Shown here: positions 13,363 to 24,267 of the stretch, one piece after another | How the letters are laid out: each line of letters starts with the position of its first letter | Position numbering within the stretch: position 1 is the first letter of the stretch | Source of the DNA: Callorhinchus milii | Lineage: Eukaryota | Direction of reading: 5' to 3' | Length of the DNA: 48,136 nt | NCBI RefSeq assembly: GCF_018977255.1 | Contig: NW_024705399.1 | Location: forward strand, 1-48,136 | Notes under the pieces: model-generated | Seen by the model: the letters and a program-made list of their open reading frames with translations, nothing else | Database searches by the model: none | Told to the model about the DNA's origin: nothing | Made by a program: the position numbers and the translations under genes

Positions 13363-13907
13363 CTAACCTTGAGATGTTTAGGTTTTCACCGGTTGCCTTC
13401 TTCCTCAGAAGCTGACAAAACAAACGAGATTGTCATGAACTGTCTCCTCGAGGTATTTGTCCTTCATATTGACGTTGATGTGAAACCTAAAAGCCACAGT
13501 AAACCCGCGATTCAATGCCATTCCAGCGCTTGGCTCTCAGTGTCAGAGAACACAGACAATTCATTGAAGGATATTCTGTGAAGACGCGATAAGGCGCTGT
13601 ACCAAATGCAAGAATTAATATTATTATTGTATTAAATAAGTCATCTAAAATGCTATGATCTGAACCGATACAACTTCTGTCATGTTTTAACAGTATAATG
13701 TTGAGGTGTTGCTGGATGGCTATTTGATGTCTGTTGGATCAGAATGGAATCTTTTCTAATCCAAAGCGTCCACATCTATTCATTTATTTCCAATGCTGAA
13801 CATTAGTGCCCTTATGGTTTCCGGGGTGTTATTTGAAGGCGGCGATATAATCGGTGGAGTCCTGTAGCGGAAGCAGTTAGTGCAAACACTAGTAATTTGA
13901 GAGATAA

Positions 13908-14005
13908 CACTAATAATATTTGCATTTGTTGTGGCGCCTCATCACATCTTAAAGCGCAACACAGGATATAGTGTAAAGTGAACTCACTGTGTGTATTGTG
14001 GGCAA
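13908..14005 (-). mobile_element. SINE 3'-tail fragment
   Basis: TAATAATATTTGCATTTG...TGTAAAGTGAACTCACTGTGTGTATTGTGGGC matches the antisense SINE at 19472-19590. Confidence 0.65.
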
Positions 14006-14159
14006 TATATTTGGGTGAGGCCCCAATGTCTGGGCTCTCTGTGGATCAAGTGCGTGGATGACTGTAGTGACGGGATCCGCCTTTGTCATTTGGGTAAAAA
14101 ATTCCAGAATTGTTTGTGTGGGTTATTCATTGGCGTCGGGAGGCCTCAGTGTGAGGTTT

Positions 14160-14440
14160 AAACGGTCGATGGGTTCAGTCGCCTCTGTCGGTCGGTTGTC
14201 TCTCTCTCTCTCTGTGTCTCTCGTCGCCTGACTTTGGCGCCTCTTTTTCCCTCTGACTCGGCGCCTGCGCAGTGGTGTCCCTGAGCGCGAGGCCGACGGT
14301 TTTTTTTTGAACTCGGCGCCTGCGCAGTGCCGTCTCCGGGCGCGGGGCTGACGGTGTTTCGGGGCGCGGCGCCTGTCTGTCTGAGCGCGAGGCGGGACCG
14401 CGGGAGGTGGTGATGGCGGCGGAGACGACGGTCAGTGTCG
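14160..14440 (+). promoter_or_regulatory. CpG-island promoter and probable first exon, with two NRF1-type sites and a YY1-like ATGGCGGC
   Basis: The most CpG-dense unique stretch. GCGCCTGCGCA at 14261-14271 and 14316-14326. ATG at 14413 followed by donor ACG|GTCAGT at 14430/14431. Assignment to the NLR gene is inference. Confidence 0.75.
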
Positions 14441-14444
14441 CTGA

Positions 14445-15930
14445 CAGAGAGAGTGTGAGAATGTGTGAGAAAGTGACAGTGTGAGAGAGTGTGAGAGAGA
14501 GACTGTGTGAGAGAGTTAGAGAGAGAGAGAGAGTGAGAGTGTGAGTGAGAGACTGTGTGAGAGAGTGAGAGTGTGAGAGTGTGTGAGACAGTAAGAGTGT
14601 GTGAGAGAGACTGTGTGAGAGTGTGAGAGTGCGAGAGAGTGAGATTGAGAGAGAGAGACTGTGTGAGAGACTGTGTGAGAGAGTGTGAGAGAGAGAGACT
14701 GTGAGATAGTGAGAGACTCTGTGAGAAAGTGAGTGTGAGAGAGAGAGACTGTGTGAGAGAGTGTGAGAGAGAGAGACTGTGAGATAGTGAGAGACTCTGT
14801 GAGAAAGTGAGTGTGAGAGAGAGAGACTGTGTGTGAGAGAGAGACTGTGTGAGAGTGAGAGACTGTGTGAGAGATTGAGTGTGTGAGAGAGTGAGAATGT
14901 GTGACAGCGAGAGAGAGTGTGTGAGAGAGTGTGAGACTAAGAGAGTGAGAGTGTGAGAGAGAGAGACTGAGAGAGACTGTGTGAGAGAGTGAGAGTGTGA
15001 GAGAGAAACTGTGTGAGAGAGTGAGACTGCGCGAGAGAGAGAGAGACTGTGAGAAAGTGAGAGTCAGAGACTGTGAGAGAGTGAGAGGGTAAGAGGGTGT
15101 GAGAGAGTAAGAGTGTGTGAGTGAGACTGTGTGAGAGAGTGAGAGAGTGTGAGAGATTGTGTGAGAGAGTGAGTGTGAGAGTGAGAGAGTGAGTGTGTGA
15201 GAGAGAGACTGTGAGATAGTGAGCGTGTGAGAGAGAGACTGTGTGAGAGTGTGAGAGAGTGAGAGAGAGAATGTGAGAGAGAATGTGTGAGGGATAGAGA
15301 GAGTGAGAGAGAGAGAGTGGAAGTGTGTGTTCCTGTGACAATATTATTAAGTTTTGTGGTCCGAACTGATATGACTTCTGTGATGATGTATTGAGGAACA
15401 TTGAGCGGTTTCGGAGCGGATGATATTCCCGTCTCAGTGAGTGAGTGTTTGACAGAGGGGGAGACAGATTGATTGATACCCAGACTGATAGAAGAGAGAC
15501 AGCGTGTGAGAGGGTAAGTGAGAAAAGGGCGAGCGTGATTGACAGAAATGGTGGACGGAGTGAAAGAGAAAGACGGGCTGGGGAGTGTGTGGGGGGGTGG
15601 GGTTGTGGCGACAGCAGGAAACAGAGACAAGGAGGGAGAAAGCAGAGACAGAGTAAAAGAGAATGATTGAGTTTGTGGGAGGAGAAAATGTTTGCGCAAG
15701 AGGAGAGTGAAGATGGGGAGTGAGTGATAGAGAGAGGGGAGATAGAGGGATTGTGAGAAGGGAACGAGATTGTGAGAGGGGTGTTGTCGTGTGGGGAGAA
15801 AGGGTGTGTGAGAGAGAGTAACTGAGTTAGGGAGGGAATGTGTGAGAGAAACAACAGGAGAGGGGGAAGAGAGTGATTGAGGGAGTGATACAGAGAGACT
15901 GTGAGAGGAAAGAGATAAAATGAGCGAAAA
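14445..15930. repeat. GA/GT-rich low-complexity tract
   Basis: Degenerate (GA)n/(GT)n/GAGACTGTGT runs, the source of the Ser/Leu/His-rich minus-strand pseudo-ORFs. Confidence 0.9.
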
Positions 15931-18900
15931 AATCCACAACATTTAACACAATATTTTTAAAAAATGGCATCTCCAATAAGTTTATTTCTTCCTCTCCCGT
16001 TTAGTTTTTCAAAAATCCCTGAAGCCAAACTTTGGTACCAAACCCACAAACAAAGAACCATAGAGATGTACAGCACCGACGAAGAGTATTCAGCTTATGG
16101 TGGATGTGGTGGCACATTTATAACAATTATTTCCGTCCCATTTCCCTGCTCTGTTCCCAAATCTATTTGTAGATAGTTCATTCCTTTTAGATATGTAGAC
16201 ATGTTTTGAAAACCAATATGGATTCTGCCTCAAACACCATTCCCGCCAGAGCTTTACGTAACCCAACAACCAAATGTGTAGGACAACATATTCTCAAATA
16301 GTGAGTAATTGAGAGTGTGCGAAGGAGAGTTTGTGTGTTAGAGGGGGAGAGAGAGTGCGGTAGACAGTCCATCAGCTAATGTCTGGCAGTAAATCATAGC
16401 CAAGCCCTGTTCCATTGGAGATTTCCTCAGATACTCAGAGACAGGGAATGAAAGAGGGAATAAGCAAAGCGGTGAGAGATTGGCAGTGATTGACTGTACG
16501 GCAGAGGCAAAGAAATAGCTATTGAGTGAGGGAGTGTGTGTGAGAATGTGAGTGAAATGTGAGGGGGGAAGTAATTGACATAAAGGGGTGAGAGGGAAAG
16601 AGGTGGTGAGAGAAAGAAACAGAGCCATGGAGACAGAGAGTGAAAGAAAGTGACTAAGGTTGTGGGAGGAGAGAGTGTTTGTGAAAGAGAGGAGGGAGAA
16701 AAGGAGGCGTGAGTTATCGAGAGAGCGAAGACAGAGAGACTGTGAGAGTGGAAAAGGGAGTGTGAGTGGAGGGAGGGCTGGTGTGGGAGAAGAGTGGGAT
16801 AGAGAGAGAGGAATTGAAAGAACGAAAGAGTGCCTGTGAGACAGAGCGAGAGGGGGAGCCAATGACAGAGAGTGTATAGAGAGAGAGTGTGTGAGAAGAA
16901 AAACAGAACATGAGAGAGAAATTTCATAACATTTAACGTAATAAAAAAACGTGCGTCTCCAATATGTTTTTCCTTCCTTTACTGATCAGTTTTTTTAAAA
17001 AAATCCCTGTATCCAATCTTTTGTACCACATCCACGAACAAAGAAACATTGATATGTGCAGCACAGAAGAAGGTTGGCTGGTGTGGCTGTTCTTATGCCA
17101 ACCCTTTCAGTCTCTTTTGCCAACCCTTTACATTGCTCTTTTGCCGAATCCCTTTTTAGAAAGTTCATTCCATTTTGATCGGTATCTCGTGATGATCTGA
17201 AAACCAATCTGGAATCTGCCTCAAACATCGTTCCCACCAGTGCTTTCCATAACCCAACAACCAACTGTGCAGGAAAACAAATTCTCCAAACCTCTACATT
17301 TGCTTGTTTGCTCACTATCTGAAATTGCTGCTTTAGAGATTGAACCCTGAGCAGAAGGACTTTTAAATCATGTAAACTTGAGTATCTGTGGAAATCTCCA
17401 ACGGAACAGGGCTTGGCTATGATTTACTGCCAGACATTAGCTGCTGGACTCTGACCAGGATGTGTTATTACCTATACAGCCCAGAACACTGAAGCCACTT
17501 CACTGAGAGGCTCGGGAACCAAAGGCAGGAACCGCAGCTCAGTCAGCGGGGAGACAAGACGGTGAGTCTCTTATTAGATCTGATTGTGGCTGAAATAATG
17601 TCATACTATTATCCCAGGTTGTAAGCGCACAGAGAGAACAACCCATATAAATGCAAGTTGTTGTTGGTTGTGCAAAATTTACTGCAATTAAAGAAACCAG
17701 GAGTAACTGAATGAGCAACAATTAAAATACCATTTGGTCCATTAACGGAAGATCTCGCTTTACGACTGTGCTTACGGTCACCTCTTTCCTCCCTCACACT
17801 CAGTGTCCTCCACCAACATTCTCCGACGCACTGTCCCGCATGAAGGCCGCTATATCAATGCAAGTTGTTGCTGTTATTTAATTAATCATCGTAGTATCGT
17901 TTAGGAAATCAATCGACACCGAAATCCATTGGGGAACTTGATTGATCTGAACTATTGTGAATATACTAATGTGGAATTTAAGCAACAGCCAGTTGGTCGG
18001 TCCGAATCTGAGCTGTACTTTATATGCATCTATGAATCCAACAGCCACAGCTTGTCTCAACCTTGTTCATAGTTCATTCCTCTAACACTGGTGATCATCC
18101 TGGTTGTTCTCCTCTACAGTGCATTAAGGATCTGTGCTGACGATTTTGTTAGCCATTGCCTCAATCCTTCCATCTTGCGGTTTTGGTTGGTTGAACTCCA
18201 GCAGTTACCCAAATACACACTCTGGTCTCCCCTCGCCTTGACTCTTGCCAACCTGCTCCTACTTCGCTTCGAATTAAGTAAGCAGGATGGTCCCTCCAGA
18301 GGGAGGGTGCTCATTCCGTTCCAACAATCCTACTCTGGAGTTTCCATATGTAGTTTGGGATGTATTTAAATCTCAGCTTGGTTTTGGATCATGCTCCTTT
18401 TGTTAATTGTTTTCTGTGGGACAGACACACGGCTGACCAAAACATTTCAGCTCAGATACCTCACTGCTGCTTATGTGTTCCAAGCTGGAGAAGGGCACTA
18501 TATTGTTGTTGCTGTTTTTATTGGCTCCTCTGAATCGTCTCTTTTGTTGGGCGCAGCTTGTCCAACGATAGTTTAAGACTCATCCCGCCAATTCGCGAGA
18601 TCAATCTTCTCCGAATATAGAAACGATATAGAGAAGATGGGATAATTCTGAATGGTTCTCACTTTCTTTTATGCTGTTGGAAATAAGACTAAATTATATT
18701 TCGGTCTACAATCTATCGGACGGAATTGCGCCATTTTCTTTCTCTTCCCACAAGTGGAAATGAGTTTTCACAAAATGGTGCTCAAGTTGTTGACTTTCAA
18801 GGACTAACTGCCTGGTCCCAAGTCCGGAGCCCAACCCAGAGTTACATTAACTGAAAATAGCCATAAAAGGCAACATTGCACATTCGAAATGATAACATTT

Positions 18901-18990
18901 CACTGACTATTACACAAATGAGGTTCAAAGATCAGGATCAGGAGATGAGATAGAGGGCTCAGTGGATGCTCTAAATTGGGTGGTTTGTTA
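15437..18990 (+). repeat. Local segmental duplication, copy 1 (GA block + CR1 tail fragment twice, exon-like cassette, unclassified repeat)
   Basis: Colinear similarity to 19975-23770, e.g. TGGCATCTCCAATAAGTTTATTTCTTCC at ~15965 and ~20489, and TATTACACAAATGAGGTTCAAAG at ~18908 and ~23628. Confidence 0.88.
17480..17561 (+). other. Candidate 5' cassette exon, copy A (82 nt)
   Basis: TTATTACCTATACAG| acceptor and ACG|GTGAGT donor. The interval is well conserved among three copies. No transcript evidence. Confidence 0.5.
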
Positions 18991-19471
18991 AAAGGAATCT
19001 AACGTAAGTTTGAATGCCATGCTGGTGTTGGTCTGATGATGGATCGGAAAACAGATTCCCAACTACTCTTGCTCTGCAGCAGATTGCTGGAGACGAGCTT
19101 TATTGGTGACAATCTCTGAAATGGAAAATGACCAGAACTCGTCACTCATCTTCTTGTTGTATTAACTTACACAACAACAAATGCTTTATGTAATCAAATT
19201 CATGCAGCGTATAATCACAGAACACATGAGAGAACGGGTAAGAGACGTGAAACAAGATAAATTGAGAAAGAATGAGAGTATAAAGGAGATAGCGGGAGTG
19301 CGCTTGAGATATGAGAGACAGTCCTATTTACAGAAATGGAGGAGAGTCTGTTAGAGAGAGAATGGGCATGAGAGAAAGAAGCAGATTCAGGGAGAGATAG
19401 CTGGACACAGCATTGATTGAGTGAGTGAGTGAGATTGTGTGTGAAAGTGGTGGTGAGCGGCAGTGAGGGAG

Positions 19472-19788
19472 AATAATAATAATATTCCTTGCATTTGATA
19501 TAGCGCTTTTCACGTCTTCTAGACATCCTAAAGTGCTTCACAGAATATACTGTAAAGTGAATTCACTGTATGTTTATGGGCAAACGTGGCAGTCAATTGC
19601 GCACAGATGTGTCCCACAAACAGTCGTAACTTGAAAATGACCAATTTATTATGTTTTTTTTGGAGGGATTATTATTAGGCTCTGTGTGGAGTAAGCAAAC
19701 TTGCCCAAGGTTTCACCCTCTGCCTGGAAGTGAACTCAGTTCTCCCGCTTGCAAAACGAGTGCTCTAACCACTGATCTACAGGACTCC
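19472..19788 (-). mobile_element. Full-length tRNA(Ala)-derived SINE with L2-type tail
   Basis: Minus-strand head GGAGTCCTGTAGATCAGTGGTTAGAGCACTCGTTTTGCAAGCGGGAGAACTGAGTTCACTTCC (A/B boxes, TGC anticodon arm). Body CTGTTTGTGGGAC...TGTGCGCAATTGACTGCC. (ATT)n tail. Confidence 0.9.
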
Positions 19789-21027
19789 GAATGATTGTGA
19801 GAGAATGAGAGAAGAGAGTGTGTGTTGGTAAGAGTGTGAGTAAGAAATGAGAGAGACAGTGGGGGTAGAGGGGTAGATAGACATGGAGTAAAGAGAGAGA
19901 TAGAGTGAGTGTGGGGTGAGAGAATGTAACAGAGAAGGTTAGGGAGTGGCAGAAACAAAGAAGTAATAGAGTGGCAATGATTGAGTGCTTGACAGAGGGG
20001 GGGACAGATTGATTGATACAGAGACTGATAGAAAAGAAACAGAGGGTGTGAGTGAAAAATGAGGACGAGAGTGATTGACAGAAAGGGTGGATGGAGTGAA
20101 AGATAAAGACGGGCGGGGGTGGGTGTGGGGGTGTGTGGGTTGTGGCGAGTGTAAGAAACAGAGAGAGGAATGGAGAAAGGAGAGACAGAGTGTGAAGAGA
20201 CTGATTGAGCGTGTGGGAGGAGTAAGTGTTTGCGAAAGAGGAGAGTGAAGAAGGGAGTGAGTGATAGAGAGAGGGGAGATAGAGAGTGTGAGAAAGGAAA
20301 GAGGTGAGAGGGATGATGTGTGGGGAGAAACGGTGTATGAGAGAGTAACTGAGAGAGGGAGGGAATGTGTGAGAGAAACAAAGGGAGAGGGAGGAGAAAG
20401 TGATAGAGAGTGATACAGAGAGTGTGTGAGAGGAAAGAGAGAAAATGAGCGACAAATTCCACAACATACAACACAATATTCAAATAATTGGCATCTCCAA
20501 TAAGTTTATTTCTTCCTTTCCCGTTTAGTTTTTCAAAAAATCCCTGAAGCCAAACTTTTGTACCGCACCCACAAACAAAGAACCATAGATGTACAGCACA
20601 GACGAATATTGTTCAGCTTATGGTGGATGTGGTGGCACTTTTAATAACTATCCTTTCAGTCACATTTCCCTGCTCTGTTCCCAAATCCATCTTTAGGTAA
20701 TTCACTCCTTTTAGATCGATATCTGGACATGTATTTAAAGCCAATATGGATTCTGCCTCAAACACCACTCCCTCCAGGGCTTTCCATAACCCAACAACCA
20801 ACTGTGCAACAAAACCAATTCTCCAAACCTCCCATTTGCCAATTTGCTAACCATCTTAAATTGATGCTTTAGGCAGTGAAGCCCGACCAGTGGAACATTT
20901 ATAGCCGGTAAACTTTCGGTTTGTGTGGAAATCTCTTCGGGAACAGGGCGAGGCTTATTGCCAGATGTCTGGTTTATTGAGTCATTAGCTGCTGGACTCT
21001 GACCAGTGTGTGTTATTACCTGAACAG

Positions 21028-21108
21028 CCCAGAACACTGAAGCTCATCACTGAGAGGCTCGGGAACCAAAGGCAGGAACCGCAGCTCAGGCAGCGGGGAG
21101 ACAAGATG
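21028..21108 (+). other. Candidate 5' cassette exon, copy B (81 nt)
   Basis: TTATTACCTGAACAG| acceptor and ATG|GTCAGT donor. Open in phase 0 (PRTLKLITERLGNQRQEPQLRQRGDKM). Confidence 0.4.
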
Positions 21109-22437
21109 GTCAGTCTCTCATTAGCTCTGATTGTGGCTGAAATAAAGCAGGACAGTTACTCCAGGTTTTAGAACTTGCAACGACACGATAGAGTAAGTGT
21201 GCGTGAGAAGTTTCAGGGAGACAGTTGGAGGGAAGAGTATTTGACAAAAATGGGGGAGAGAGTGATAGAGAGAGACATGCAGAGTGATAGAGAGAGACAG
21301 AAAGCTAAGTGTGAGTGAATGATTCAGAATGTGAGAAGAAAAGTGTGTCTAGAAGGGTGCAGAGGGGTAGAGAAAGTGGCAGAGAGAGGATGGGATGAGA
21401 AAATGACGGAGAAATATGGAGGGAGAAAGCGGACGGAAGCAAAGCGGTGAGAGAGTTGCAGTGAGTGACCGTACGGCGGAGGGGAGAGAGATTTATTTAG
21501 AGTGAGTGTGTGTGAGAATGTAAGTGAGAAGTGAGAGGGAAAGCGATTCAAAGAAAGTGATGAGAGAGGGAGTTGAGTTGGTGAGAAAAATAAACAGAGT
21601 CATGGAGACAGAGGGAGAAAGCAGATACAGAGAGTGAACGAAAGTGACTGAGATTTTGGGAGGAGAGAGTGTTTGCGAAGGAGAGGAGGGAGACAAGGGG
21701 GAGACAGTGATCGATAGAATGGAGATGGAGAGACTGTAAGAGGTGAATGAGAATGCGAATGGAGGGACAAGCGTGTGTGGGAGAAGAGGGAGAGAGAGAG
21801 AGAGAGAGGAATTGAGAGAGCGAAGGAATGTCTGAGAGAGGACACAGAGAGAGAGTGTGATAAGAAAAATAGAATGAGAGAGTAAATTTACAACATTTAA
21901 CACAATATAAAAAAAACGGGCGTCACCATTATTTTTTTTCTTCTTTTACTGATTCGTTTTTTTAAAGAAAAAACACTGAATCCAATCTTTTGTGCCACAC
22001 CCACGAACAAAGAAACATCGAGTTGTACAGCACAGAAGAAGGATGGCTGTGGTGGCTGTTTTTGTGCCAATCCTTTCAGTCCCATTTACATTGCTCTTTT
22101 CCCAAATCCCTTTCTAGATAGTTGACTCCATTTAGATCGGAATCTCGTGATGATCTGAAAAGCAATCTGGAATCAGCCTCAAACATCATTCCCACCAGGG
22201 CTTTCCATAACCCAACAACCAACTGTGCAGGAAAACAAATTCTCCAAAGCTCCACATTTGCCAGTTTGCTAACTCTCTGAAATTGATGCTTTATGGTTTG
22301 AGCCCTGACGAGGAGGATTTTATCTCAGGCAAACATTGAGTTTCTGTGGAAATCTCCAAGGGAACAGGGCGAGGCAATGACTTCCTGGCAGACATTAGAT
22401 GCTGGACTCTGACCAGTGTGTGTTATAACCTGTACAG

Positions 22438-22519
22438 CCCAGAACACTGAAGCGACATCACTGAGAGTCTCGGGAACCAGAGGCAGGAACCGCAGCTCAG
22501 TCAGCGGGAAGACAAGAAG
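22438..22519 (+). other. Candidate 5' cassette exon, copy C (82 nt)
   Basis: TAACCTGTACAG| acceptor and AAG|GTCAGT donor. Confidence 0.42.
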
Positions 22520-24014
22520 GTCAGTCTCTTATTAGATCTGATTGTGGCTGAAATAAAACAGTAAAGTTACTCCTGGTTCATGCGCTTGGAGATGCCACAT
22601 TTTGCGAACAGTGCAAGATAAATGCAACTTGTTGTGGTTTAGCAGTTAGTGAAAGTTTACTGCTATTAAACAAACCTGGAGCGAATGATAAAGGAAGAGC
22701 TTAAATGTAATTTGTTTCATTAATTTTCTTATATATCGATTAAGCATTGTATAAAGTAGAATTGGTGTCCAAAATGTGCCGTGAGCTTCATAAATCAGAA
22801 ATATTGTTGATCAACGATAGGCCCTCGTGTGGAGGTCATGCTCGCTCATAGCTCATTCCACTAACACTGGTCATCATCCTGGTTGCTCTCCTCTGTACAG
22901 CCTTAAGGAGCTGTGCAAAGGCTTTTGTCAGCTATTGCCTCAATCCTTCCACGTTGCGGTTTAGCCTTGGCTCTTGCCGACCTGCTCCTCATATTCTCCA
23001 GCATTAGGTAAGCAGGACGCAACCCTCCAGAGAGTGGGTGTTCATTCCATTTCAACAATCTATCACTGGGATTTCCATGTGTAGGAGGGATGCATGGAAA
23101 GTCAGCTTGATTGGATACTGTTAGGTTTGGTGATGGGTTTTCGAGTGTGTCAGATACTCGGCTGATTTCTAAAAAAATCAGCTCAGCAACCACCCTGCTG
23201 TTTAAATGATTCGAGGTGTTACCCGCGTGAAGGGGACTATATTGTTCTTGTTGGTGTTTCCCCAGTTTATCGAACGCTAGTTTATAATTCATCCCACTAA
23301 CTCACGTTTCAATCTATCTTGAATTTGGAGTTGGTGTAGAAAGCTGGATCTTTCTGCAGGTTTGTCCCTCGCTTTCACCGTGTGGGAAATCATATTTAAT
23401 GCTCAATCTGATTCTTCCCAACTGAATGCCGCCATTTTCTTTCACTTTCCGCACAAGTAGAAATAATTTTTGTCATGATGGCTCTTTTATTAGTGACTTT
23501 TAAGCAGCTGAAAGAAACTCGCCCAAACTGCCTGGTCCTAAGTCCAGAGCTGAATCCACAGTTATATTATCTGAAAATACCCATAAAAGGCAACATTGCT
23601 TGTTAGAGCTGATAAAGTTTCACTAACTATTACACAAATGAGGTTCAAAGAGCAGGACCAGAAGATTAGATACAGAGCACAGTGGATGCTCTGAATTGGG
23701 CAGGTTAGTGAAATAAAGCAAAGGGAAGGTTGAAGTTGGAGGTGGCAATGTCACACTGTTGTTCGTCTGATGATGGATAGGAAGCCGAGTGATTGGGGAG
23801 GGGAAGTAGCTACAACAGAAACCTGCTTTTATATAGCGACCCTCACGCAGGGCAGCTTCCTGGAATGCTTACACTTTAACCGAATTTGCAGAACGCTAAT
23901 TGTGAAAGAAACCGTAAATGATGCAGTAAGTTGTTTTACGGCTCAAGGGAAGAGAGCGATAAAGAGATTCATCACCATCTGGACGGCGCAGGGCAATGAG
24001 CTACACCTGACAAC

Positions 24015-24250
24015 ATGGCTCAGTACTCACACACTCTCATCTGTGTAAGAAGGCGGTGGGTTCAACCCCAAGCCGAGGCCTTGGACTCACATTGTCCAGG
24101 ATGAGACTCTAATCCAGTGCTTGGTGTGTGTAACATTGTCAGAGGATTAAAAAGAGGTGTAATTGTTTTACTCAGTATTATAACTATATTCTGGAGTTAT
24201 CACCCCATTGATAGATTACAATGTACCTGGGTACAAATAAAACCCATGGT
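24015..24250 (+). mobile_element. Old degenerate DeuSINE-like element
   Basis: TGGCTCAG...CACTCTCATCTGTGTAAGAAGGCGGTGGGTTCAACCCC tRNA-like head, then TCCAGGATGAGACTCTAATCCAGTGC, resembling shark SacSINE1 as I recall it. Confidence 0.5.
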
Positions 24251-24267
24251 ATTGATGTTGTGGAAAA

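Larger units (their letters stand above)
19975..23770 (+). repeat. Local segmental duplication, copy 2
   Basis: Colinear with 15437-18990. Contains two exon-like cassettes and two CR1 3' fragments (~20570-20830, ~22000-22260). Confidence 0.88.

Noticed and set aside
15378..15440. C/D box snoRNA
   Set aside because: A C-box-like GTGATGA is present, but there is no terminal CTGA D box or closing stem.
14937..16927. Ser/Leu/His-rich minus-strand ORFs (also 19713-20483 and 46126-48012)
   Set aside because: They derive from CT-rich low-complexity strands that lack stop codons by composition.
19715..19788. tRNA-Ala gene (also 33783, 41100-41175, 45358)
   Set aside because: The tRNA-like heads continue into a shared SINE body and tail, and the stems are degenerate.
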